A stretch of 64,000 nucleotides of DNA from a virus. The translations under genes were made by a program, and so were the position numbers. Where the stretch lies: the IMG/VR virus record IMGVR_UViG_3300021513_000001, positions 1-64,000 of that record; one strand, written 5' to 3'. This document shows positions 51,201 to 62,400 of this stretch, piece after piece (the first letter of the stretch is position 1; each line of letters begins with the position of its first letter). The notes under the pieces were generated by a model, which was given only the letters and a program-made list of their open reading frames with translations, ran no database searches and was not told where the DNA came from.

Positions 51201-53451
51201 TCTTTGTAATAGAATTAAAAGACATGAAAACAGACATCGTACCTATTGACGGTGTAGTATCCCTAGAAAAACCATATATAACAGACTCACTTAAACTAAA
51301 TTTAGACATTAAATAAAAATCAGGCACACCCTCTTCAGTATCTAACCACGCCCAAACAATCTTATACCTTGGTGTAGAAAGAGGCAATAAAGATAAAGTA
51401 TTATTATAATTATTAATAATATTAACATCTTTGTCTGTGTATCTATAATGAAAAAGTCTTGCTAAATAAACTACATTAGACTTAACAAATGCTATATTTT
51501 GCACACAACTGTTAACATTCGATATACTAAACGAAGAAGAAAAATCATAAACTTTTAATAATAGACCCCATTCTTCTTGAGAATAAGATAGGCTGTATAC
51601 TGCAGAAGTAGTTACTATTGAAATATAGCCACAAATATCTTTAATCTCAGATACATTTTCCAAACCGATATGTTGTGACACAGATATAACATCTAAAGTA
51701 TCAACATCATATTTAAACACAGTATTACCGTTAAATACAAACAATACATTATTGTTACTTTCTATTTTCAAAGAAGATACATTAAAACCAACTACACTAT
51801 CAACCACACCAGTATTCAAGTCATATCTGAACACTTCGCTAACAGGTGATTGATAATAAGCATAAAAAACATATTTGCTAGAAATTGAAACACAAACATT
51901 ATTAGAAGTAGAACAAGACTGCAACAAAGACCATGCATCTGTAATTATATTATATTTATATAAACCTGTTTTATAATATATAAAATAAATACAATTATTT
52001 TCATTATCAAAATCCCAGTTATGTTTTTGGTTTACTATACTTGTTTCTGAAATAAAATATGGATAAGTCCTATCATAAAAATAACCAGTTTTAAGATCAT
52101 AAAAACCAAAATTATCTTTAGATAAATACCACAAACATTTTCTACTATTATCGTGCAATACTATAGCGCCGGTACAATCTATCTTTGTATTATAAACATT
52201 ATTAATAACTATCTCATTATTTACTCCAGAATTAAACTCTCCAACAGTAAAAGATACATCATTAGGTAATGATATCTGATTAGAATAATAATTTATAGCA
52301 TCATTAGAAATAGATAAAGCTTTATATCTATTTGAATCATAAGCAAACATATAAGCATACGTTTGATAATCTGTATTATTATAAAGAGAAATTGGATAAT
52401 CTGTAGAAGTATACCCCCTAACAACTGTACCACAAAACAAAGTATCAACACCAGAAGCTAACACATAATTATCATCATAAGTATTTACAGTTATACCTGT
52501 TATTTTATTTACCGCAGGAAAATCAAACTCTAAATATATTCTACTAGGATAGTTTTTACCTAAATCAAAACTGACACCAGAAGAAGTTATTGTTGTGTTT
52601 ACTTGTCTGCGTTGTCCATTCAGAGCAACAAATGGATCAGATATTGCATTTTCTATAAATATATTATCACAACAAGCAGACCACCAAGTAAAGTCAGACA
52701 AAACCCCATTAAAATATCCTACTCCTGGAGCCCCACCAAGATAAATTACAGAACTTCCTCCAAGAAAAGTACAAGGTTTATTTACCTCAATAAAAGCATC
52801 GTTACATCCAACCCTAAGTTTAGTTTTTGGTTGACATCTTAAAGATATTAAATTCCAAATTCCAGATACAACCGTAATGCCAGTATTATATAGTTCTTCG
52901 GATGTACCATTATATAACATTAAAGATAAATTATTATATTGATTTATTCCTAAACTTAAAATCTCATCATTAGGACCTTCCGCTCTAAAAAACATATTAT
53001 CCTGCGTAACACCGCTTAAATAATCAAAAGGCTTAACATACAATAAAAAAGTATAAGAACAGCCAAACAAAAAATAAGGTTCTGATTTTAAATAAGATGT
53101 TCCACTACACAGCATCCCACTACAAACAACCCCATGAGTAGGTGTAACCCCATAATTTTCAAAATCTAAATCTAAATAATTTTCATTAACGAAATCGAGA
53201 CAGCGACTAAAAGAATAATGACAACACGGATAGCCAAGATCTGTAATATTACCATAATATCCACTAGCTGTTACACCGCTTGTTGTCGATAAACCAACAT
53301 ACACAGATGCAACATTTATATTAAAATCAAAATTTAAACGAAATTTTTTACTTCCCGCTTGTATTGGAACGTTTACCAAATCCACATACGGTATTATTGT
53401 ATCACTGTCTGTTTGATATATAAAACTATCATTTAAAATATCAAGTATCAT
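48241..53451 (-). CDS. giant multidomain protein (LamG + Kelch-like propellers)
   Basis: GIWNLISL...FNGVLSDF and LYING...GRLTEF..FNRVLS LamG segments; YKYNI-x3-W blades. Confidence 0.7.
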   Translation of the reverse strand: MILDILNDSFIYQTDSDTIIPYVDLVNVPIQAGSKKFRLNFDFNINVASVYVGLSTTSGVTASGYYGNITDLGYPCCHYSFSRCLDFVNENYLDLDFENYGVTPTHGVVCSGMLCSGTSYLKSEPYFLFGCSYTFLLYVKPFDYLSGVTQDNMFFRAEGPNDEILSLGINQYNNLSLMLYNGTSEELYNTGITVVSGIWNLISLRCQPKTKLRVGCNDAFIEVNKPCTFLGGSSVIYLGGAPGVGYFNGVLSDFTWWSACCDNIFIENAISDPFVALNGQRRQVNTTITSSGVSFDLGKNYPSRIYLEFDFPAVNKITGITVNTYDDNYVLASGVDTLFCGTVVRGYTSTDYPISLYNNTDYQTYAYMFAYDSNRYKALSISNDAINYYSNQISLPNDVSFTVGEFNSGVNNEIVINNVYNTKIDCTGAIVLHDNSRKCLWYLSKDNFGFYDLKTGYFYDRTYPYFISETSIVNQKHNWDFDNENNCIYFIYYKTGLYKYNIITDAWSLLQSCSTSNNVCVSISSKYVFYAYYQSPVSEVFRYDLNTGVVDSVVGFNVSSLKIESNNNVLFVFNGNTVFKYDVDTLDVISVSQHIGLENVSEIKDICGYISIVTTSAVYSLSYSQEEWGLLLKVYDFSSSFSISNVNSCVQNIAFVKSNVVYLARLFHYRYTDKDVNIINNYNNTLSLLPLSTPRYKIVWAWLDTEEGVPDFYLMSKFSLSESVIYGFSRDTTPSIGTMSVFMSFNSITKKYTNLSSVVTNNIIDVEHGFLVETYDYVYYINFNKGHYYKYIISIDTWIPISSPKTYSSVSNCTIISAVWDLDKKIYIAGESLGGYVHQNYDEVPDRYYSFFGYINVDTDIIHSLYYLPYSSVVGKSNSGENLSLGGTSFTCDLNYNVINKFLFLAVSQYTSRALSYTFDMTVPTPSGSVDYVFDSLEDLYDYGCIIYNPCTNSRFNNLMNNYYFYTGYYFNVDDSDIPERGSIYACSVSQYYNFRWLGGSVGFKTGYEFSLNFRVKIPDRDTYMPIVLDSPNGGKDGFEVGFDNNDIISCCRKGETSLTLVYPMSSAGVSKGDWVDFGASLSCASGTCINLYINGQNITSSSISTSCSGYNSNSILHFMYTTGSPYKNSTGFYHNGCKGRLTEFTCFNRVLSNQEFFDISYNASGKLIARILMDYNVINESRLPQSSYNTSIPPNPPDYRYDGVKRVYSIYDYISDYIYYLSDYTMIKLDVITSTPQVTNLRKNYNNNCDYNFETQIIKNCFVETTLNTVAGQSVYGLVYIGSNVFDTSTKYYDVGTFVSPVIDVGEIGIIAYNFEYSLTRDAYLEFYIRYANDKPVDFCHIYYIDNTNTFIELSLATGKVFNEFSVNLSKSCDVYYDNDVIKVTVDGSVYNSTNYITPINVFDLTGYTLANVVKTWFSYNGSYILYYTSDKYLVGFPQHLGIPCMRASVVYSSVNHVSWDKYAQRLSVAVDEGVYVYNYMLGEEDYVINAYRIFSIYYGSVVIKNSDSSVLLNKDGVYYNYTVDDIDFSKCIEFDYVTEWMYYVTLGGNLKRMRFVESNSGYELEFLDTGIDKVNDIYKITYDYVILIVDSNLSIYTKNSFIAVSNYPLPYINSGNVVFFDYNPTNKTTYYTLDYLSNNDLVWSDLLDWVPLGSKSSGFVIGKRYVQLKAVFKAGSNRNATPILNRIYFGLPVRVGPILPHSAKDFFVKLNVPLDDQEDIYSVKLIALSEDIVR

Positions 53452-53497
53452 TTAATTTTTTCCAATTTTTAGATATAAATTAAATATATTTTCCATT

Positions 53498-56400
53498 CTA
53501 ATAAACACCTGACCATTTTATTTTCAAATTTAACTGATTTAATTCTTTGCTTTTTCCCTCATAACGTATTGGAATTTTTATATATTCAGCTGGTTGTATT
53601 TCCCCAACATATAGTGGTGAGCTTTCTACTAAATTTTTATATTCATTTCCATGCTTAACAAATAGTTTATCGTTTACTAATAGGTTTTCTCTATTCCTTG
53701 AATGTATCTTTATATAATTAACTTGTCCGCATAAACCAAGAGAATTATAAATACTTGTTATATATACAGGACTTCCACCTACCATAACACCAAAAACTTT
53801 TAGTTTCATTATTTCTATTATATTAAACTGAATTCTTCCAACCATAAACCCGTTAACATATAATTCTGACCAAAAACACCCGCCTTTACAAAACCAATCA
53901 AGTTTTAGCTTTATTCTATCATTTACATTAAACTTACATGCCTTACCAAATTTTTTAACTGTTCTAACATCATGCTTATAAGAGTACACACCCAATACGA
54001 ACTCACCTGATAGCTTGTTCACAAGAGAAAAACATAACTCGTCACTAAACACTGATAATAAGACCTTATCTGATAATATATTTCCAAATATCTTACCATC
54101 ACTATCCCAATATGTTATATAATCTAACTGAACACTACCCGAATCAGACTCATAATACAAATGCATACAAAAAGCATCTTTATTAGACGACAAAACATTC
54201 TTAACAGAGGATTTATCAACAAAAATATTATCAAGTACTAAAATTCCTAATTCATGTAAATAAATTCCACCAAACCATACATTAAATATATCTAAATCAT
54301 TAAATAATAAACTATCTGTAACAACATTAAATACATACTTAATAACATAACTACTATAAAAATTAAGTCTAATAGTATTCCACCCGCTCATTAAACTTAA
54401 ATTCCATCTATAGTAAGTGCCGTTTCTTTTATCTCCAATACATAAATAAAAGTTATCAACGTTATTAGATGAATATATTCTTAATACTAATTCGTCTGTA
54501 ATAGACCATTCTTTATCCATTCCAAATTTTTCATAATAAGTACCTACTTCAAAAACAGTATTCTTAAAAAACCTTACACCTATAGAAGTAGAACATCCTT
54601 TTATATAAAAAAATTCTTCATAAAGTTCTACATCTCCAAAATATACTCTCCAAGAATCAACCGAGGCTGTTATAAAATCCTCTGAAACACTAACAGTATA
54701 TTCGTCTATAATGAAACCACAGTCATACAAACCGTCAGTTTTAGCTAATACAGAAGTAAAATTACCCGCAGGCAAACTATCTAAATCTAGAACAGAATAC
54801 GACACACATTCGTTAACAAACTGCTTACTGAAATAATAATTTGGTTGGCACACCCCTGTTTCAGAATAATTAATAGACTCTAACGCTAGCGTTTTATCTA
54901 ATTCATAAATATTACAAAAAGTATTATCAAATTTTCTAACATTAGAAAATGATAAAATCTTAATATATTCTATAAATACTACATTACCCGAAAGCAAATT
55001 ATTATTGAAAAAAAACTCTGATACTTGTTTGGTTTCATAAATTATTAAATCAATAGTAGTAAAAGAAACAGAATCAAACTCAGCAATTATAGTAGAATTA
55101 ATATTATCTTCTATATCAAATACAGTAACTGAATCCATAACTATACTACACTTTGTTATATATCCAGCATACTCAGTGCCAACATTATATCCAGATTTTA
55201 TAACAATACGATCACAAACTCCACCGCCAAAAAGTTTCAGATGTATTACCAAACTATCAGAAAAACTTGATACCATATAATCATTTATATCTGTTTTATT
55301 TCGTTTCCATTTAACATTATAAACATCTGTCAAAGTTGAACTAACACTTAATACTGAAGCCGAAAGAAGATCTATATATTTAGAATCTCCTGTATATTCC
55401 CATCTCGAATCCTCACAGCCGCTAATTGTTGGAAAAACACTAAATACCCCAGGATCTAAATTAAAAGCATCTTTACTAACGTTATTAGACAAGACATACC
55501 ACCTAGCATCAGACAAAGAACATTGAGTAGTCAATAAACAAGGATTATCAATGTTATCTGAGTAATACATAACATTTGAAAAGTTATGCGCTTGTTGCTG
55601 GGTAAGAAACCCAACCCCCACATTAGAACCAAAATCTATAAAAAATTTATATTTTATATTACAGTCACTAATACTACAACTAGTATAACCTAATTTTTCC
55701 AAATAGGAATTATAATATAATAATAACTCTGAAGAACTTGTTTCTATATTTGACCATATAAATTCGTCTATTATAGAAGGTGTATTACGTCCAAATATTA
55801 AACTAGAACTATATTGATTTATTGGTTCATAAATTTTATAATCTACTATTGTATTATTATGTGCCAACTTTAAACTAATACCCAGATTATCTATAATATT
55901 AATATTATTTAAAGTCTCATTATATGTTTGATACCTATCAAATACTCTTATTGTATCTACATATCCCTGAATAAATAATTTAAAACTAGCGTCAACCGGA
56001 GGCATGAAATATTCAGAAAAATAATAGTTATTATCACCGCCATAAAAAGTAACCCCGCCAGGGGTATTACCAAAAGATAAATAATTAAATGCATTCTTTT
56101 TACTTCTTACTATTTTTTCTAAACCGTTAGGTGTATTTAAATAAATATTCGTATCATTATGTGGAGAAAATAATACAAAAACAGGAATTGTATCCATGAT
56201 TATGGGTTCATATAAAGAAGAATCTGAATAAATCTCAGATCGCATTTGATATCCATTTCCACTCTTCAATAAGTAATCTCTAGAAAGATTAATTCTACAA
56301 TTCAATATATCAAACATTATATCAAGATAACCACTAGCAGTATAAGCCAAACGATAAGAGGAAAGACCAGAAAAATAACACTTTCTTAAATAAACATAAA

Positions 56401-59400
56401 AAGACCGCGTGCCTTCGATCTTAAACACGTACGTACTTGATGTAGCAACATACCTACAATTATCCATTGTAAAATAACTAACTTTGTCACCTTGTGTTCT
56501 AAAAGAAATATTATTAGTCGGCAACTGCTCTGTTATTGTTATATTCTTAAATATCACCTCACATCCATTTAATTTTACTGAACTTCCACTTATAACTATA
56601 TTTATATCACTATAATTACCAACACCAATTATTATAATATTTTTACTAATTGTATAACCACCTATGCTATAAGTACCAGGCAATACATAAATAATTTCCC
56701 CATTCGAAGCTTCAGATATAGCAGAAGTTAGAGTAATATAATTATCACCAACTACTTTTGCCCCATCAAATTTTACCAAATCTTCATTTATTTCAATATA
56801 AGACAAAAATATTGAATTGTCTATTTTAACAACAGAATCAACAAAAAAATATCTACACTTATCTACTAACTCATTCAAATTAACATATATAATATCTTGA
56901 TATGCTTTATTTGTTGGTGAAAATTTCCATGCTGTAGGAACTAATGCTACAGCATCTGCTGGTGTCATAAATTCTTCACTATCAACAGTAATACTATCCA
57001 AATAAGCTATAACACCTGGACCTGTTCCTTCCACAGACACTTTATAATAATATTGTTTAGCACAATCCTGCGATAATATAACTATCCAATCATCACCATC
57101 ACTTAAAAAATATTGTATATTATAACCGTCATTTATTATTTTCAATTTTCTATTACTAACATTTGAAACGTGGTAAATAGAAGAATTGCCGGATGATCCA
57201 CTACAATAATAATTTACCCAAGAAGCAGTCCCATCATTATACCCAACTTTAAATTTAGATACACCAAATATCCTATCTTTATAACTATCATACGCTTCTA
57301 CATTTAAAGACAGAGCTAAACCGTTTACAAAATCAAACGATAAATCATTATAGCTTAAAACTACTTCAAAAGGAGCACAGAAAAATATATTTGACTGTAT
57401 TTTATCTCCATTAACTGACATTAGCTTCAAAGAACTATTATATATTCTAGGATCACCGCTAACTGCCCACCTTTTTAAATTTGGAGACCTACCATCAGAA
57501 AGATTAAAATTATCATTAGCCCCAACAGAAAACAACCAATCTCTTTTTAATTCTCTATATAAAATTCTATCTTCAAAACATCTAAATCTATGAACTGTAG
57601 TAACTTGATTACCGTAGGTTCCCTTGCCATACAAATTACCCCACCAAGCATATAAATCACCATTTATAATATAATCTAATACTAAATAACCATTAGTAGG
57701 ACCTTGCCAATAAATTATAGTCCCAGTTCCTGGTACAAATTTAACACCTATCATATAAGGCCGACCATATACAGGATAAAACAACCTATTATCGCCATCA
57801 TATATACGACTATAAGAATAACCATCAATATAAAGTCTAAATACACCGGCATCATAACTAATATAAATACTTTCCCCAGTATGATCATAATAAGCACTAC
57901 GAAAAGGGGTATTACAAACAACAAAACCAGCACTATAACTATTATTATAATCTTCTATAGTAAAAGAACATTCAAATGTAATAACACCGGCTGAACGTAT
58001 TATTTTATTTGTACGAATATTTCCACCTTCTAACTTTATATAATTATCATTAACATACGAATAATTTCCATCTATAACAACATCACAATATGAATTCAAG
58101 TCATCATTAATTACAAAATTATCAAAATAACATTCTAATTTCGAGCTACCATCCCAAGAACTGTGCTCTAATCTAATATATGATACATTAACATCCTCTG
58201 GCACCATCCAATCAACAAGACGAAACCACTGATTTTTTTGCAAAAAATATGAAGAAAATATATTTTCTTTTTTAATTATTCTAATTTTTCCAAAATCATC
58301 ATTTTGTGCTGCATATTGTGCCAAAGTAGTCCAGTCACCATCTATACAAATAGTTGTTTTATATCCACAATTAGAATGAGTCCCCTGTCTTCTAATATCA
58401 AAGCGGTTTCCATTCTCAAAATAAATAACAAGTTGCTGAGACAATTCAGACGAATAGTAATAATTGCCTAACTCAAAATCTACCTGAACATTAAAATCTC
58501 CAACAGGCGTATATTTAGTATCAATATAAATATGTTCAGCACAATATTTTACATGAAGCTTATTATTTTTTATCTCTATATTAGAAGTTGAACCAGACCA
58601 CAAGGTTTGATCATATAAATCGCCATCATTACCTGTAAAATCATCACTCATATACTCTACAAAACCAGATCCGCTAAATGAAGTATTAAATGTTCCTTCT
58701 CCGGCTTTAAAAGTTTCATCAATAATTGTATTTACATCATATCTCGATTTATAAATTGCTTTTATTGTTTGGTCAGATGTATTAGTAAACAGCTGCTTAT
58801 CTATATTATAATTTCCTACTGATACACTAGATACAGTATTAACATCACTACTATATGATAAAACACTATCTATTTTAAGTTCAACAAAATACTCACTAAA
58901 CCAACACAAAGATAGATCCTTCTCTTTGTATGTTAAACCTATACTATACGGTTTATTAATTAAAAATCCGCCAGCGGGGATTGAAGAACTAACACCTCCT
59001 ATCCATGAAAAACTAAAAGGATAGTCGAGTTTAGAAACCAACTCACTATTAACAACACCGTAACTATCTTCATTAATAAATTTTCTACCACGTACAAATA
59101 AAGTACTAATACCGGGAGATTCTAACAACTCTAAATCAGTATCTGCTATACCTACCCCCTTTGTTAATAAAATCTTTTTTATTCTTAAACTAAAACTGTT
59201 ATCACCATAAAGATAAACTTTCACATCTACAGGATAAATATAATCATAACCATAATCATATGAACCAATTTCACACCAGGTAGTTCCGTATTTTCTATAA
59301 TAAAAATAAAAAACAGAATCTGTTCTTTCTATACGTAATCCTCCTGATACACTACCAACACCGCCGCTTTTATAACCATGAGAAGCATAAACATAGTGAT

Positions 59401-62400
59401 TATCAAACCGATGTTTTACATAAACATCATTATAATAAGTATTATTTTTAAACACTGCTTTTAAAACTACTGAAGCTTCTCCACTAGAATAGTCGCTAAA
59501 ACCATCAAAATATACATCTATAATAAAAGCCCCATCTATCGAAAATCTTGAACGTAAACTTTCAGCACTTCCCAAATGCTCAAGCCAAACTCCGCCGCTA
59601 TCTACCTCATACGGAGAAGATATAATCCACTTATAGTCTAAAACACCTTCTTCAGAAAAATCAGTACTGTACTGATCATTAGATGTAAACTTATAAGCTA
59701 TTTCATTTTTAGATTTATAACCAACGAACTCATTAAAAAGATAATGGGCTGTTGTATATGCATTTTTAGAAAACAAAGAAAAATTATCATAAACATCATA
59801 ATAAGTAATATTGTCGTAACTATACATTAATGTGCACGGTTCGTATGAGCCTGTTTCACTAATATAATAAATAACAGCCCTATTAACACCACAATTACTA
59901 CCAAGATCCACCCCAACAGCAGACAAAACATCATCTCCACCCTTTTGTATAGAATGTGACAAATCATAATTTATAACTACGTTGTCATCAAGATAAGAAG
60001 TTTTTCCAGATAAAATACCAAAATATAAATCATCAGAATAAGAAACATACCCCTGCCGTATAGGAATAAGAACATCATCAATATAACACTTTATCTCAGT
60101 TACTTTTATACTTTTTGAAGATTCGTTTACAAACTTTAAATATCTTAAACTTATATTATTAAAATTATATACAAACTTCTTAACAGTATAATCTCTACAA
60201 AAAGTTAAACTTTTGTTAAAGTTGTCTAAAATAGTAGAATTGTCCAGAACATTACCAGAATACACATAACTTAATCCATCGTTTACAGTATACCAAATCT
60301 TTTTTCCAGAAACAACTTTAGACGCTTTAATCTCACAAGATATAAACTCGGCTATTATATTACCTTTAACATGCGGAGCATTAAAAATAGTTGAAATAGC
60401 TACTAATACCTCAGTATCAAATAAAGAAAAGGTTGTTAACTCATGCCATTTGTCACTATAAAAACAATAAAAAGTCCAAGCATTGTCACGCTTCTTTATT
60501 TTTAATCCAACATTTCTTCCTAAAACATTACTAAAATTATAATAAGTAGGATCAACTTGATTTTCTAACTTAAATTCTAAACCATACTCCGGACTGAGTT
60601 GAAACGAAGAATAAAATCTTAAATAATTATTGTAATTCCGATCACAACAAGCCAGCCCTATATATACAAAATCTTCTATATTGCCTACATAATTAAACCT
60701 CAGTTCTATATCTATATCATTATAAAACTCATTAACATTTATATAATTAAACCATCTTATCGCTTCATTTTTTAATGGTCTTAATTTTAACCCCACATCT
60801 ATATAAACAAATTCACCATCTTTACCAGGAACTAAATAATCATAAGGAGCGTACCAATCATCATAGACAGTAGTCTTAAAATTATAATATTTACTTACAA
60901 AAAAATTTTCTAAGTTAAGCAAATTTTTTAATGAATATGTATTATATTCACTATTTATATAATTACTAGAAACAAAATAAAACTCAGAATGTGTATACTT
61001 AGTAGGAACAAAACCTTTATGTACAATGTCGTTATCAAAATCATATTCATACACCAAACTGTCTAACAAGTCTGCAGTATAATCTAACAAATAACAATTT
61101 AATGGTTTAATTCTAGTATTATATATTGTTAAAACACCTTCTCCTGATTCGTTACTGGAGACAAAATAATCATCTGGAACAAAAGACGAATATACATTAA
61201 TATTATCAAGGTTAAAAACCCTGTCATTAGAAATAAGACAAACATTTATAACTAAACTTTTTATATGGGTACCTATATAAATATCTTTTTTATCGCCATT
61301 ATTATTTAAATCAAACATTACCATTTTAGAACAGTCTAAAAAACCACACACATCAACAACATAAGCTAACATATTACCTGTTTTTGTACATATTTCTATT
61401 TCAGAAAAACTTATATTTGGAAGATTCTTGTTATTATAAACAAAAACACCAACCCCTTTAGTTTTTACCTCATTTTTTATATCAAACTTCCAATTATCAA
61501 TTTGATATTCTGAAATTATAACATCTTCTATATTAGAAAAACTCGGAGAAGTTTTAGTATTATCCAAAATTTCTAATAAATAATTATCAAAACTTTCTTC
61601 TTCAGTGCTATATATTAAAACACTACATATATCTATTGCTACCGGAAACTCATAATAAAACAAAACACTTCCTGGTATAAAAGAACATGTATAATTATTA
61701 TACTCATATACATTAATTATATAATCATTCCAACTATATCTTAAAATATTTTTATTTTTTATTGATGTTAAATCTATAGGAGGACTATAATCATAATTAT
61801 CTAACTCTATTTCAGTAACATCTGCATAAAGTATATTGTCAGATAAACAATCTATACCTACAATCTCGCCAGGAATTTCTGTCACATTTCCTTGATCGTC
61901 TTTAACATTAAGTTGACAACCAAGTATTTTATAATTAAAGTTATTATTAAATATTATATTAAATTCTTTATCATAAGAATCGGAATACTCTAATAAAAAT
62001 GACAGTTTATCTACATAAGAGGTTTCATTATAAACAGCAAGTATTGGAATATCATTATTTGTCGGTGCTTTAAAATAAGCATAAAAAGAAACAGAAGAAA
62101 ATGAAGTTTCCTCTATATCACTTTTATTTATACTATCAGAATACCCAGAAACTACACCGTAATAATTTATAACAAAATCAGCCTTTCTAGATATACCTAT
62201 CTTTAAATTATAAAAACCTATTACATCTCCTCTATATACTCTACATACCCAATCTAGTATATGTTTTGACATCTTATTTGTTTCTGATAAAAAATAACTA
62301 TTAACTACCTCATAAACATCTTTATTTTTCCTATATATTAAAATTTTTCCACCGCCAGAAAGAGCTTTACAATAAATTTCAAAACAATTAAGATATCCAT

